A DNA stretch of 64,000 nt, taken from the NCBI GenBank assembly GCA_965261395.1, contig OZ253462.1:5536001-5600000 (forward strand). The letters are read 5' to 3'. A program made the position numbers and the translations under genes. Positions 44,581 through 55,026 of the stretch are shown here, piece after piece (position 1 is the stretch's first letter; every line of letters begins with the position of its first letter). This DNA is from Candidatus Latescibacterota bacterium. GTDB lineage: Bacteria; Latescibacterota; UBA2968; UBA8231. A model generated the notes under the pieces. The model was not told where the DNA came from. It ran no database searches and saw only the letters and a program-made list of their open reading frames with translations.

Positions 44581-46514
44581 GCCTCATCCTCGTCGCTCAA
44601 GGCGTGCACCGGTTCGCGGGCGAGAGACTCTCCGGCCAAGACTTGGTCGATCTCCGCGTCGTCGAGCACCTCGTACACGCGGAGGGCACGGGCCAAGGAG
44701 TGGAGCTTGTCCTCGTTTTCCCCGAGAATGCGCAGTGCGATTTCCTCGGCCTCCACCACTAGCTTGCGGATCTCGCGATCAACGGTTTGGGAGGTCTCCT
44801 CGCTCACGTGGGGGCTGCGGCCGAATTCCTTGCCGAGGAAGACCTCCGTGTCGCCGCCACCCAACGAAAGGGGGCCAAGCTTTTCGTTCATACCCCAATC
44901 ACAGACCATCGAACGGGCCAAGCGCGTCACTTGCTGGTAGTCACCTTGGGCCCCCGTCGAGCGCTCGGCAAAAACCAATTTCTCGGCAGCGCAACCGCCC
45001 AGCGCCGTGGCCAAGTGCGCCTTTAGCCGCGTCTCGGTCAGCGAACGCCGCTCGTCGGCCAGAAAGGAAACCATGCCCATAGCTTGCCCTCGCGGGATGA
45101 TGGTGGCCTTGCCAATGGTCGGGCCGCCTTTGATGCTCTTGGCGACTAAGGCATGGCCCGCTTCATGGTAGGCCGAAAGCCGCTGATCCTCTTCGGTCAG
45201 GACCATGCTACGGCGCTCGGCTCCGAGCATCACCTTGTCCTTAGCCGCCTCAAAGTCGCCCATGTCAACGGTCTTGTGATCGCGTCGCGAGGCCAGCAAG
45301 GCCGCTTCATTGACCAAGTTCTCCAAGTCAGCTCCGGAAAGCCCGGGCGTGCCCTGCGCCACCTTTTGCAAATCGACGTCCGGATTCAGCGGCACCTTGC
45401 GCACGTGGACCTTGAGGACGCCCTCCCGACCCCGGACATCGGGTAGGTCAACCACCACCCGGCGGTCGAAGCGACCGGGCCGCAAAAGCGCCGGGTCGAG
45501 TACGTCTGGGCGGTTGGTCGCGGCGATGAGAATGACGCCGTCGTTGGACTCGAAACCGTCCATTTCTACTAGCAGCTGGTTGAGGGTCTGCTCGCGCTCG
45601 TCATGGCCGCCGCCAATGCCCGCGCCTCGGTGGCGGCCCACCGCGTCGATCTCATCGACGAAGATTAAGCACGGAGCACTGGCCTTGCCCTGTTCAAAGA
45701 GGTCGCGCACGCGCGAAGCTCCGACGCCGACGAACATCTCGACGAAATCCGAGCCGCTAATCGAAAAGAAGGGCACCCCCGCTTCGCCGGCCACCGCACG
45801 CGCCAAATGCGTCTTGCCCGTACCCGGCGGCCCGACCATTAAGACTCCCTTGGGAATCCGCCCGCCGAGGCGCTGGAACCGTTGAGGATCCTTGAGAAAT
45901 TCAATGATCTCCTCCAGTTCTTTCTTGGCCTCGTCGGCCCCGGCCACGTCGGCAAAGGTCGTTTTGCGCTTGTCTTCCATCAGGAGCTTGGCCCGGCTTT
46001 TGCCAAAGGAAAACAGCCCGCGTGCACCGCCCTGCATCTGCCGCAACATGAATACCCAGAAGGCGATAAACAGCAGCCACGGCAAAAAGCTGAAGAGGAA
46101 ATTGTACCATCGGAAGGGTTCTTCCTCAAAGCGAAAATCGATCCCTTGTTCCTCCCACTCGCGCTTGGTCTCCCCGTCTATTGGACCCAAGTTGACCACA
46201 AAGCGGGTCCGGTCCTGCAAGACGCCTTCGAACTCGCGCTCGCCGACGATGACCGCCTCGGCGATGCGGCCCTCCTCCAAGTATTGGCGGTATTCCTTGT
46301 AGGAAACGAGCTGGGGGTCGGAGGGTTTGCTACCAAAGAACTTAGCGGCGAAGATCATCACCAACACAAAGAAGAGCCAAAACGCCTGAGTCCGTGAGGG
46401 GCGGCGCCAGCGGCGCGGCCTGTCTTCGCCGTCGGCCTGCTGACGATCCGACCCGGGGTCGTCCCTAAAGCGCGTGGGTCGCTCCTCCTGGTCCTGCTTT
46501 TTTCGTCCCTCCAT
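44577..46514 (-). CDS. ftsH: ATP-dependent zinc metalloprotease FtsH
   Basis: Two TMs, 'GPPGTGKT', SRH and 'HEAGH' motifs. Confidence 0.97.
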   Translation of the reverse strand: MEGRKKQDQEERPTRFRDDPGSDRQQADGEDRPRRWRRPSRTQAFWLFFVLVMIFAAKFFGSKPSDPQLVSYKEYRQYLEEGRIAEAVIVGEREFEGVLQDRTRFVVNLGPIDGETKREWEEQGIDFRFEEEPFRWYNFLFSFLPWLLFIAFWVFMLRQMQGGARGLFSFGKSRAKLLMEDKRKTTFADVAGADEAKKELEEIIEFLKDPQRFQRLGGRIPKGVLMVGPPGTGKTHLARAVAGEAGVPFFSISGSDFVEMFVGVGASRVRDLFEQGKASAPCLIFVDEIDAVGRHRGAGIGGGHDEREQTLNQLLVEMDGFESNDGVILIAATNRPDVLDPALLRPGRFDRRVVVDLPDVRGREGVLKVHVRKVPLNPDVDLQKVAQGTPGLSGADLENLVNEAALLASRRDHKTVDMGDFEAAKDKVMLGAERRSMVLTEEDQRLSAYHEAGHALVAKSIKGGPTIGKATIIPRGQAMGMVSFLADERRSLTETRLKAHLATALGGCAAEKLVFAERSTGAQGDYQQVTRLARSMVCDWGMNEKLGPLSLGGGDTEVFLGKEFGRSPHVSEETSQTVDREIRKLVVEAEEIALRILGENEDKLHSLARALRVYEVLDDAEIDQVLAGESLAREPVHALSDEDEA

Positions 46515-46529
46515 GACAGATGCTCTAGG

Positions 46530-47918
46530 TCAATCGCCGTCCCAGCGCCTCAGCGTGCACAAGGCGATGCGGCTCGTAGTGGATTTTATTCTGAAGGCAT
46601 GACTAGAACGCAGAGGCGCGACCCAGGCTATTTCCTCTCCCCGGGTCAGCACCAGCACTTCGTCGCGCGAGATTTTCGGCCACTTGGCGTCGATGAGAAA
46701 GTCGCTCAGTTTTTTGTGCCCTTCCATGCCCTGCGGCTGGAAGCGATCGCCCGGCCGCAGGCTGCGCACTTGCACCCGCTCGCCGAGGCGATCCGCGTCT
46801 AAAGCCACCTGTGCGCCCCCTAGCTGGGCCTTGTCGAAGTGCTCCGGGGAGACGACTTGGACGCGAATTTTCACTCCGTGCTCTCTTAGCACTAGTGCTC
46901 CGGGTATGTCGAGACAACGCGCGACCGGCGGCCGCCGCCCATGGCGCAGGATATAACGCGTGCCACAGCCCTGCCCCATTAGCCCGGCCCCCAACACCTG
47001 CAGGCGCTTGTCGCCGGCCCCAATCCAGCTCCGCACTTGCTCAATGCGGACAAAATCAAAAGGGTTCTCTGTAGCGGCGAGGCCCTGGAGTACGGCGCGC
47101 AGCATGCGCCTTTGTACGGCTATATGATAAGCGAGAAGCTTAGTACTATCAAGGGTCACCTTGTCGTTACAACGCTCACAAATCACTGTATCTAAAGCCT
47201 CTTGGGTTAGCTCAGCGAGCAAGTCGTCTTCGGCCTTGAGAAGCGCGGCCGTGCGATTTAAAACTTCGGCGATCTTGGTATTATAGCTCTCCAACAAGGG
47301 CATTAGTTCCCCGCGCACCCGATTGCGCAAAAATCGCGGGTCGCGGTTGGATGGATCCTCTCGGTAGCGCAAGCCCCGCTGGCACGCGTATTTTTTAATC
47401 TCAGCGCGTCGCACGCGCAGCAGTGGCCGCAGATAGCGGCCCTCGCGCGCAATCTCCATCCCCCCTAAGCCGGTGGCACCACTGCCGCGCAACAGGCGCA
47501 TGATCACGGTCTCGGCTTGGTCGTCGGCATGGTGCCCCAAGGCGATGAATTCGGACCCGACCCGACTGGCTACTTGGTCGAGAAAGGCGTAGCGCTGCCG
47601 CCGACCTGCTTCCTCCAGCGACAGACCCTCGGTTCGGGCGCAAGCCCCCACGTCGCGCCGCTCTACCGAGCAGGGCAGCCCGCGCCGCTTCGCCCCATCG
47701 GCGACAAAGCGGCTGTCGGCCGCCGAATTCGGACGCAGCGCGTGATCTAAGTGCGCCACGTGCAACCGGTACCCTAAGCCATCCAAGACATCGAGCAGCA
47801 CGGTCGAATCGACGCCGCCTGACGCGGCGACGACTACACTAGCACCGGCCTGCAACCCTGCCTCCTGTAACACCTGCCGCACACTGGCGACTATGGCTTC
47901 CATGGCCGTCGCTCCCAT
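46530..47918 (-). CDS. tilS: tRNA(Ile)-lysidine synthetase
   Basis: 'SGGVDS', 'HHADDQAET', 'RPLL', 'DPSN' and 'RNRVR' motifs. Confidence 0.93.
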   Translation of the reverse strand: MGATAMEAIVASVRQVLQEAGLQAGASVVVAASGGVDSTVLLDVLDGLGYRLHVAHLDHALRPNSAADSRFVADGAKRRGLPCSVERRDVGACARTEGLSLEEAGRRQRYAFLDQVASRVGSEFIALGHHADDQAETVIMRLLRGSGATGLGGMEIAREGRYLRPLLRVRRAEIKKYACQRGLRYREDPSNRDPRFLRNRVRGELMPLLESYNTKIAEVLNRTAALLKAEDDLLAELTQEALDTVICERCNDKVTLDSTKLLAYHIAVQRRMLRAVLQGLAATENPFDFVRIEQVRSWIGAGDKRLQVLGAGLMGQGCGTRYILRHGRRPPVARCLDIPGALVLREHGVKIRVQVVSPEHFDKAQLGGAQVALDADRLGERVQVRSLRPGDRFQPQGMEGHKKLSDFLIDAKWPKISRDEVLVLTRGEEIAWVAPLRSSHAFRIKSTTSRIALCTLRRWDGD

Positions 47919-47985
47919 CGTGCGAAAATAGAAAAATCCCCTGAATAAATAATGAAAAAGGGCAAATTAGACGAAGAGGTGCTCC

Positions 47986-48034
47986 TTGACAAATGAACTG
48001 ATGTGCAGTATATATAAGTTCAGGTTGCTGTTCA
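47986..48034 (+). promoter_or_regulatory. lexA promoter with candidate LexA operator
   Basis: TTGACA (47986), 17-nt spacer, TATATA (48009); TGAAC-N4-GTGCA lies in the spacer. Confidence 0.6.
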
Positions 48035-48061
48035 TCTTTCCTCCCCAATGGAGTCACACTC

Positions 48062-48688
48062 ATGCCCAAACCCCTAACTGAGCGCCAACAGGCGATTTAC
48101 GACTTCATCGCCAATGCCATTCGCTCCGGGGGCCCCCCCACCATCCGCGAGATTATGGATGTCTTTGACATCAACTCCACCAATGGCGTACGCACCACCT
48201 TGGAGACTTTAGAGAAAAAAGGCTACATCCGCCGCCGAGCGCGGCGCTCCCGGGGCATAGAGCTCGTCGATTTCGTCAAGCCTGCCTCCCTTCCCACCGA
48301 CCTGCGCGAAGTGCCCCTAATTGGCCGGGTCGCCGCAGGCACCCCCATCCTCGCGACCCAAAACATCGAGAACACGCTCAACGTCGATGCATCGCTCGTG
48401 CCCGCTTCGGGCGATGTCTTCGCGCTGCGCATCCACGGCGAGAGCATGTGCAACGCCGGGATTCTCGACGGTGACATCGTTATAGCCCGCCAGCAAGACC
48501 GCGCCGAGCGCGGCGATATCGTCGTCGCGCTGCTCGGCGACGAGGCCACGGTCAAGCGCTATGCTCCCGATCCCGACGGCATCCGGCTGCTGCCTGAAAA
48601 CGAGGCGTTCGACCCCATCGTCGTCCCGCCCGACGCCGACGGGTTCAGCATCGCCGGCAAAGTAGTAGGCCTCATGCGCCGCTTCTAG
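48062..48688 (+). CDS. lexA: SOS repressor LexA
   Basis: 'LTERQ', 'PPTIREI', Ala-Gly cleavage site 'VAAGTP', 'GESM' and 'TVKR' motifs. Confidence 0.96.
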   Translation: MPKPLTERQQAIYDFIANAIRSGGPPTIREIMDVFDINSTNGVRTTLETLEKKGYIRRRARRSRGIELVDFVKPASLPTDLREVPLIGRVAAGTPILATQNIENTLNVDASLVPASGDVFALRIHGESMCNAGILDGDIVIARQQDRAERGDIVVALLGDEATVKRYAPDPDGIRLLPENEAFDPIVVPPDADGFSIAGKVVGLMRRF

Positions 48689-48699
48689 GGTGCGCTTAG

Positions 48700-50028
48700 G
48701 TGGATGCTGCTTTGCGGCGCGCTCATGCGCGCGCCATTTTTGACGCCGGGGTCGCTGCCGCCGATCCCGGCCGTTGCATCCACCAAACCCTCGCGGTCGC
48801 AGGCGATGAGTTGCGCTGTGGCCCGCTCCGCTTTCCCCTCGATACCATCTCCAGCCTGCGCCTAGTCGGCGCTGGCAAGGCCACCGCGGCCATGGCCGCG
48901 GCCGCTGAAGCGATCCTCGGCGACCGCATTGAGTGCGGGGCCATCAACACTAAGTACGGCCACGCGCGGCCATTGACGCGGGTAGAGACCTTTGAAGCCG
49001 GGCACCCGGTCCCGGACGAAGCCGGCGTGGCTGGTGCGCGCCGTCAGCTTGCGCTGCTAGCGAACTTGGCTCCCGACGCACTGGTCCTCGGCCTCTTCTC
49101 CGGCGGCGGCTCTGCCCTGCTGCCCGCCCCAGTCGAGGGCCTGACCCTCGCAGAAAAGCAAGAGACCACCCGCCTCCTGCTCGCCTGCGGCGCGACCATC
49201 GACGAAATCAACGCCCTGCGCAAACACCTCTCGGCCATCAAGGGCGGGCTGCTAGCCCGCGCGACTGCGCCCGCCCGCGTCGTCGCCCTCATGCTCTCGG
49301 ACGTCATCGGTGATCCCCTCGACACCATAGCCTCCGGCCCGACCCACCCCGACGCCACAACCTTTGGCGATTGCCTAGCGATCGTCGATCGCTACGACCT
49401 GCGCGGTCAGCTCCCCTCTCCAGTCCGTCAGCACCTCGAAGCCGGTGCCCGAGGGGAGCGGCCGGAAACCCCAAAACTCGGCGACCCCTGCTTTGCCCGC
49501 GCCGAGAGCTTAGTCATTGGCAACAGCCGCTTGGCCATCGACGCAGCCGCGCACAAAGCCAGCGCGCTCGGCTACGAGGTGCTCGTCCTCACCAGCCGCT
49601 TACAGGGCGAGGCGCGCCAAGCCGCGGCCGCGTTGGTCTCTATCGCCCAAGAAACTGCCGAAGCTGACCGTCCCATCGCCCGACCCGCCTGTCTAATCGC
49701 CGGCGGCGAGACGACCGTCACCTTGCGCAACAACGGCAAGGGCGGGCGCAACCAAGAATTGGCCTTAGCCGCGGCCCTGCAACTCGACGGTTGGCCCGCC
49801 ATCACTCTGCTCTCCGGCGGCACCGACGGCACCGACGGCCCCACCGATGCCGCCGGTGCCCTAGCCGACGGCCAGACCTTGAGCCGCGCCCTTGCCCAGG
49901 GTCTCGACGCCCGCGCCTTTCTCGATCGCCACGACTCCTATCCCTTCTTCGCGGCGTTGGACGACCTCGTCATCACGGGCCCTACGGGCACCAACGTCAT
50001 GGATCTGCAAATCGTCCTCATAGCCTGA
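48700..50028 (+). CDS. Glycerate 2-kinase (MOFRL family)
   Basis: 'GAGKA', 'SGGGSAL', 'GGETTV', 'GGRNQE', 'GTDGTDG' and 'TGTNVMD' motifs. Confidence 0.92.
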   Translation: MDAALRRAHARAIFDAGVAAADPGRCIHQTLAVAGDELRCGPLRFPLDTISSLRLVGAGKATAAMAAAAEAILGDRIECGAINTKYGHARPLTRVETFEAGHPVPDEAGVAGARRQLALLANLAPDALVLGLFSGGGSALLPAPVEGLTLAEKQETTRLLLACGATIDEINALRKHLSAIKGGLLARATAPARVVALMLSDVIGDPLDTIASGPTHPDATTFGDCLAIVDRYDLRGQLPSPVRQHLEAGARGERPETPKLGDPCFARAESLVIGNSRLAIDAAAHKASALGYEVLVLTSRLQGEARQAAAALVSIAQETAEADRPIARPACLIAGGETTVTLRNNGKGGRNQELALAAALQLDGWPAITLLSGGTDGTDGPTDAAGALADGQTLSRALAQGLDARAFLDRHDSYPFFAALDDLVITGPTGTNVMDLQIVLIA

Positions 50029-50068
50029 AGATTCCCCACCCTTGCGGGCGATGATGCAGCGAGCCGAT

Positions 50069-50097
50069 TTGACACTCCGCCCCCCTTCCGCTAGCTT
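50069..50097 (+). promoter_or_regulatory. Sigma70-type promoter immediately upstream of the PorV-like gene
   Basis: TTGACA (50069), 17-nt spacer, TAGCTT (50092); ATG at 50108 has no SD. Confidence 0.5.
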
Positions 50098-50107
50098 TTT
50101 GTATCTC

Positions 50108-51034
50108 ATGCCCAAGAGCTTTCTTCCACTTACATTAGCCCTGTTGCTGACCGGGGCTGCACACGCTGCCTCGCGCTACGCTGGCGAGTTCCTCAGCTTG
50201 GGCGCGGGTGCCCGCGCTGCGGCCTTGGGCAGTGCCTATGTGGCCCTCGCGGATGACGCCACCGCGGGCTATTGGAATGCGGCTGGCCTATCCGCCCTCA
50301 GCGGTCGCCAAGCGCATCTGACGCATGCCGAGCGCTTCTCCGGCCTCATCCAGCGCGATTTTATCGCCGTCGCCCGGCCGGGTCGCCTCTTGCACGGCAT
50401 GGCCCTGAGCTTGGTCCGCATGGGCATTGGCGACATCCACTTTACCGAACTGCCGGATCCTCTGCAGCCTCCAAGCACCGACAACCGTCCTCGCATCGCC
50501 TCGACCGAGCAAAGCGCAGATTACGCCCTGTATCTGTCGGGCAGTCGCCGGCTCGGTACGCGCCTCTCCCTCGGGCTAAGCGCCAAGGCCATCTACCGCC
50601 AAGTCGCCTCCTTCAACGCCTACGGCTTCGGCCTCGACCTAGGCCTGCGCTACCAGTTGAGCCACCAGATCGCGTTGGCGGCTAACGTGCGCGACATTAC
50701 CACTACGCCCATCGTCTGGAATACGGACAGCACCGATCGCATCCAACCCTCGCTGCTATTGGGCGTAGCGTACGCCATACCCATTGCCGGGGGCCAAACC
50801 ACCGCCCTCCTAGCCACTCGCTCCGGCGGCGACACTGCGACCGCCGACGTCCCGCTCAACGCCGGCCTAGAATACCGCCACCATTATATCGCCCTGCGGG
50901 CTGGGTTGGAGGAGGGCCGTCAGTCCTTTGGGCTAGGGCTTACTCCACACCGCAGCCTCGACCTCGACCTCGCCTATTTGCAACACGATGCACTCGAAGC
51001 AACCTACCAGTTGTCCGCCGGCTTCCGCTTCTGA
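50108..51034 (+). CDS. PorV/PorQ-family (FadL-like) outer-membrane beta-barrel protein
   Basis: 'FLSLGAGARAAALGSAYVALADDATAGYWNAAGL' is the typical PorV N-terminal motif; ends in 'GFRF'. Confidence 0.8.
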   Translation: MPKSFLPLTLALLLTGAAHAASRYAGEFLSLGAGARAAALGSAYVALADDATAGYWNAAGLSALSGRQAHLTHAERFSGLIQRDFIAVARPGRLLHGMALSLVRMGIGDIHFTELPDPLQPPSTDNRPRIASTEQSADYALYLSGSRRLGTRLSLGLSAKAIYRQVASFNAYGFGLDLGLRYQLSHQIALAANVRDITTTPIVWNTDSTDRIQPSLLLGVAYAIPIAGGQTTALLATRSGGDTATADVPLNAGLEYRHHYIALRAGLEEGRQSFGLGLTPHRSLDLDLAYLQHDALEATYQLSAGFRF

Positions 51035-51914
51035 GCAACCCCGCGTCGGCTACGTAGCCCTAGCCGGTCGCCCCAACGCGGGTAAATCCACCCTCTTCAA
51101 CGCCTTCTTGGGCCAGCGGCTCTCCATCGTCACTGCCAAACCGCAGACGACTCGCAGCCGCATCCTCGGCATCCTCACCCGTCCGCAGAGCCAGATAATT
51201 TTCTTGGACACGCCGGGCTTGCTCGACGCCTCCTACAAGCTGCACGAGACCATGGCGAGCCAGATCGACCAAGCCGCCCGCCAAGCCGACCTAGTCTTGC
51301 TGCTGTTCGATGCCTCCCACCCCAAAGACCGCAGCGCACTGGTCAAGCACTTCTTAGAGCGCGCACGGGTACCTGTCTTGGCCGTGCTCAACAAGATTGA
51401 CCTAGTACAACCCGCCCAGCTAGACGCCTTGCAAAAAAGCCTCGTCGACGAGTTCGGTATCGCCAGCCCGATCCCGGTCTCCGCTCTGCGCGGCGACGGA
51501 CTCGGCAAATTGCTGTCGCGCCTAGAGGCCCAGCTACCCTGCGGCCCCAAGCTCTATCCGGACGATATGGTGGCCGAACAGCCCGAACGGTTTTTTGCCG
51601 CCGAGCGCATCCGCGAGGTAGCTTTTGAGCACCTTGAGGACGAGCTGCCCTACGCCATCAACATCCACATCGAGGAATTCCGCGAACGCCCAGGCCATAA
51701 AACCTACATTCGCGCCATTATCTACGTCGGACGCGAGAGCCAAAAGGGCATCGTTATCGGCAAGAAGGGCATGCGCCTGCGGTCCATCGGACGCCAAGCC
51801 CGCACCGCCTTAGAGGAACTACTCGACGCGCCCGTCTATGTAGAACTGTGGGTAAAAGTCCGCCCAGACTGGCGCAATAAAGAGCGCGATTTGCGGGAAT
51901 TCGGTTATCTCTGA
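50988..51914 (+). CDS. era: GTPase Era
   Basis: 'GRPNAGKS', 'QTTR', 'DTPG', 'NKID' and KH domain 'IVIGKKG' motifs. Confidence 0.95.
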   Translation: MHSKQPTSCPPASASEQPRVGYVALAGRPNAGKSTLFNAFLGQRLSIVTAKPQTTRSRILGILTRPQSQIIFLDTPGLLDASYKLHETMASQIDQAARQADLVLLLFDASHPKDRSALVKHFLERARVPVLAVLNKIDLVQPAQLDALQKSLVDEFGIASPIPVSALRGDGLGKLLSRLEAQLPCGPKLYPDDMVAEQPERFFAAERIREVAFEHLEDELPYAINIHIEEFRERPGHKTYIRAIIYVGRESQKGIVIGKKGMRLRSIGRQARTALEELLDAPVYVELWVKVRPDWRNKERDLREFGYL

Positions 51915-51927
51915 GCCTGAGAAAGGA

Positions 51928-53241
51928 ATGCCAATGAACGTCCTAGTCGTTGGCAAGGGGGGGCGCGAACACGCCCTCGTGTGGAAGCTGGCCCAGAGTC
52001 AGCGCATCGACAAACTCTACGTCGCCCCCGGCAATCCCGGCATGGCTGCCCTCGCTGAATGCGTCGATATCCGCGTCGATACGCCCGTGGCCGAACGCGA
52101 AAAACTCGCTGGCGAAATCGAGCGCCTAGTCGCCTTTGCCCACGAGCAGCAAATCGGGCTGACCGTCGTCGGTCCAGACGACGCCCTAGCCGGCGGTATC
52201 GTCGATCGCTTCCGCGCCAGCGGCCTGGCGATCTTCGGCCCCACTGAAGCCGCCGCCCGCATCGAAAGCAGCAAGGTCTTCGCCAAAGAACTGATGGAGC
52301 GCGTCGGCGTCCCCACTGCCCGGCACCAGAGCTTCACCGACAGCCAAGCCGCCAGCGCCTATATCCGCGCGCAGGGTGCCCCGATCGTGGTCAAGGCCAG
52401 CGGCCTAGCCGCCGGCAAGGGCGCGGTCGTCTGCCACAGTGTAGATCAAGCCCTCGCAGCAGCGCACGAAATGCTCGACGAAAACGTCTTAGGCGGGGCC
52501 GGCCACCAGATCGTCGTCGAGGAATACATGACCGGCGAGGAAGCCTCGCTCTTTGCAATCTGCGACGGCGAGCATTTTATCACCCTGACACCGGCTCAAG
52601 ACCACAAAGCCATCTACGACGGCGACCAAGGCCCCAATACCGGCGGCATGGGAGCCTACGCTCCAGCACCCGTGATGACGCCGGCCCTAGTGCGCGAAGC
52701 CGAGGAGCGCGTCATCCGGCCCGTGCTCGACGAAATGCGCCGACTGGGAACCCCGTACCAAGGAGTGCTTTACTGCGGGCTGATGTGTACCGAAGCCGGC
52801 GTCAAAGTCGTAGAGTTCAACGCCCGTTTCGGCGACCCCGAATGCCAGATTCTCATGCCCCTGCTCAAAACCGACCTCGTCGATTTGCTCTCCGCTGCCT
52901 GCGACGGTCGCTTAGACCAAGTGCAAGTCGAATGCGTTCCTGGGGCGGCCGTGTGCGTGGTCATGGCCTCGGACGGCTATCCGCAAGCCTATGACAAGGG
53001 CTTTGCGATCCGCGGCTTGGAGGCTTTTGCCGACCGCGACGACATCGTCGTCTTTCACGCTGGCACGGCCCAGCGCGAGGGTCGCTTCATTACGGATGGC
53101 GGTCGGGTGCTCGGCGTGACGGCCAAAGCCGCCGATATTCAAGCCGCCGTCGCCAAAGCCTATTCAGCGGTCGATCAGATCGCCTTCGACAACGCCTATT
53201 GCCGCCGCGACATCGCCTATCGAGCGTTGGTGTGCGCCTGA
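51928..53241 (+). CDS. purD: Phosphoribosylamine--glycine ligase
   Basis: 'GGREHAL', 'GLAAGKG', 'GPNTGGMG' and 'EFNARFGDPE' motifs. Confidence 0.97.
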   Translation: MPMNVLVVGKGGREHALVWKLAQSQRIDKLYVAPGNPGMAALAECVDIRVDTPVAEREKLAGEIERLVAFAHEQQIGLTVVGPDDALAGGIVDRFRASGLAIFGPTEAAARIESSKVFAKELMERVGVPTARHQSFTDSQAASAYIRAQGAPIVVKASGLAAGKGAVVCHSVDQALAAAHEMLDENVLGGAGHQIVVEEYMTGEEASLFAICDGEHFITLTPAQDHKAIYDGDQGPNTGGMGAYAPAPVMTPALVREAEERVIRPVLDEMRRLGTPYQGVLYCGLMCTEAGVKVVEFNARFGDPECQILMPLLKTDLVDLLSAACDGRLDQVQVECVPGAAVCVVMASDGYPQAYDKGFAIRGLEAFADRDDIVVFHAGTAQREGRFITDGGRVLGVTAKAADIQAAVAKAYSAVDQIAFDNAYCRRDIAYRALVCA

Positions 53242-53250
53242 GTTTTTGCC

Positions 53251-53616
53251 ATGCCCAGCGACGTGCTCCGCCTGCGCAACATGCGCTTTTTTGCCTACCA
53301 CGGACTTTTCCCCGAAGAGACCGCGCTCGGACAGCACTACGAAGTTGATGTCGAACTCTACGGCGATTTTCGTCAGGCAGGGCGCAACGACGACATTGAC
53401 GCGGCGATCAACTATCCAGAGGTGTACGCGCTGGTGTCCGATGTAGTCACCGGCAAACCTTGCAAATTGGTCGAAGCCCTCGCCGAGCGCATCGCCGAGA
53501 AGGTCGGCACCCACTGCGCTCCGGTCGAACTCGTCGTCCGCGTGCGCAAACCCAATCCCCCGGTCGCCGCGCACTTCGACGGCATCGAAGTCGAGATACG
53601 CCGTTCCTATGCCTGA
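53251..53616 (+). CDS. folB: Dihydroneopterin aldolase
   Basis: 'FFAYHG..PEE...GQ', 'LVEALAE' and 'KP' motifs. Confidence 0.92.
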   Translation: MPSDVLRLRNMRFFAYHGLFPEETALGQHYEVDVELYGDFRQAGRNDDIDAAINYPEVYALVSDVVTGKPCKLVEALAERIAEKVGTHCAPVELVVRVRKPNPPVAAHFDGIEVEIRRSYA

Positions 53617-54121
53617 GCGAGCCTACATCGCCATCGGCAGCAACCTCGGCGATCGCCGCGCATACCTCGAAGCCGGGATCAAAGAAGTCGCCGCACTCCC
53701 CAACACGCGCCTTGCGGCGGTCTCCCGTGCCTACGAAACCCGGCCACTAGGGCCGGTCGCGCAATCGGATTTCCTCAACGCCGTCTTTGCCATAGAAACC
53801 TCGCTCCCCCCCGAGCCGCTGCTGGCCGCTCTGCTGGCCGCCGAAAAAAAACACCAGCGGCAACGCCGCATTCACTGGGGGCCGCGCACCCTCGACCTCG
53901 ACCTGCTGCTCTATGGCGAGCGCGTCGTCGAGAGCGCGGATCTGACCCTGCCGCATCCGCGCATGAACGAGCGCGGCTTTGTGCTGATTCCCCTCTGCGA
54001 AATCGCTCCCGACCTGCACCATCCCATCACTGGCTTACCTTTCGCCACCCACCTCGCTGAACTCGCTGATATCGGGGACGCCAACGCCATCGGCCCTCTC
54101 GCCCTCCCCATCACCACATGA
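53609..54121 (+). CDS. folK: 2-amino-4-hydroxy-6-hydroxymethyldihydropteridine diphosphokinase
   Basis: 'IGSNLGD', 'WGPRTLDLD' and 'LPHPR' motifs. Confidence 0.95.
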   Translation: MPERAYIAIGSNLGDRRAYLEAGIKEVAALPNTRLAAVSRAYETRPLGPVAQSDFLNAVFAIETSLPPEPLLAALLAAEKKHQRQRRIHWGPRTLDLDLLLYGERVVESADLTLPHPRMNERGFVLIPLCEIAPDLHHPITGLPFATHLAELADIGDANAIGPLALPITT

Positions 54122-55026
54122 AACGCATATACACAGTCGCGGAAATGCAGGATCAGTCCGACATTTGGCGCAGCGCGGACCTGTGCATCGGGCTGGTGCC
54201 GACGATGGGTTTTTTGCACGAGGGGCATCTCAGCTTGGTCGATCACAGCCTCGAAGCGGCTGACCGCACGGTCGTCAGCATCTTCGTCAACCCACTGCAA
54301 TTCGGGCCGCAAGAAGATTTCGCCATCTATCCGCGCGACATGGAGCGCGATCTCGACCTGCTATCCCACCGAGGGGTCGATGCGGTCTTCCATCCCCAAA
54401 CAGCGGAATTCTATCCCCCCGATTTCTCGACCTTCGTCGAAGTCGAAGAGCTAACCAAGGGCCTGTGCGGCCCCTTCCGCCCCGGGCACTTCCGCGGCGT
54501 CGTCACCGTAGTGACCAAGCTATTCACCGCCGTCAAACCACACCTAGCCGTCTTCGGCCAGAAAGACTACCAGCAGATAGCCGTCATTCGTCGGCTAGTG
54601 CGCGATTTGAACTTGGATTTGCGCGTCGAGGTTGCCCCTACCGTGCGCGAAGCAGACGGCTTAGCCATGAGTTCGCGCAACGTCCTTCTCAGCGCAGAAG
54701 AACGGCAGCGTGCATCGGCACTCTATGAAGCACTCACAATGGGCCGAGAACGGATCGAAAGGGGAGCAAGCGACGCCAGCCAAATCATCGCCGAGATGCG
54801 GGCGCACATCGAACGCGCACTCGACCCGCGCATTGACTACATTTCGATCGCCCACCCGGACACCCTCAAAGAAGTGGCCCATATCACCGGCCCGGTCGTC
54901 ATCGCCCTCGCCGTGCGCCTGTCCAACGTCCGGCTAATCGACAACATCGTCGCCGCGCCGGCCACTAGGCAGCCCACTCTTATAAAGGAGAACAAAACTC
55001 AATGGCTTCCAATATCGCCAAGGTAG
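54118..55026 (+). CDS. panC: Pantoate--beta-alanine ligase
   Basis: 'VPTMGFLHEGH', 'FGQKD', 'GLAMSSRN' and 'RLIDN' motifs. Confidence 0.96.
   Translation: MKRIYTVAEMQDQSDIWRSADLCIGLVPTMGFLHEGHLSLVDHSLEAADRTVVSIFVNPLQFGPQEDFAIYPRDMERDLDLLSHRGVDAVFHPQTAEFYPPDFSTFVEVEELTKGLCGPFRPGHFRGVVTVVTKLFTAVKPHLAVFGQKDYQQIAVIRRLVRDLNLDLRVEVAPTVREADGLAMSSRNVLLSAEERQRASALYEALTMGRERIERGASDASQIIAEMRAHIERALDPRIDYISIAHPDTLKEVAHITGPVVIALAVRLSNVRLIDNIVAAPATRQPTLIKENKTQWLPISPR

Noticed and set aside
47203-47225. GGGTTAGCTCAG resembling a tRNA 5' end
   Set aside because: No T-loop or acceptor-stem partner; inside tilS
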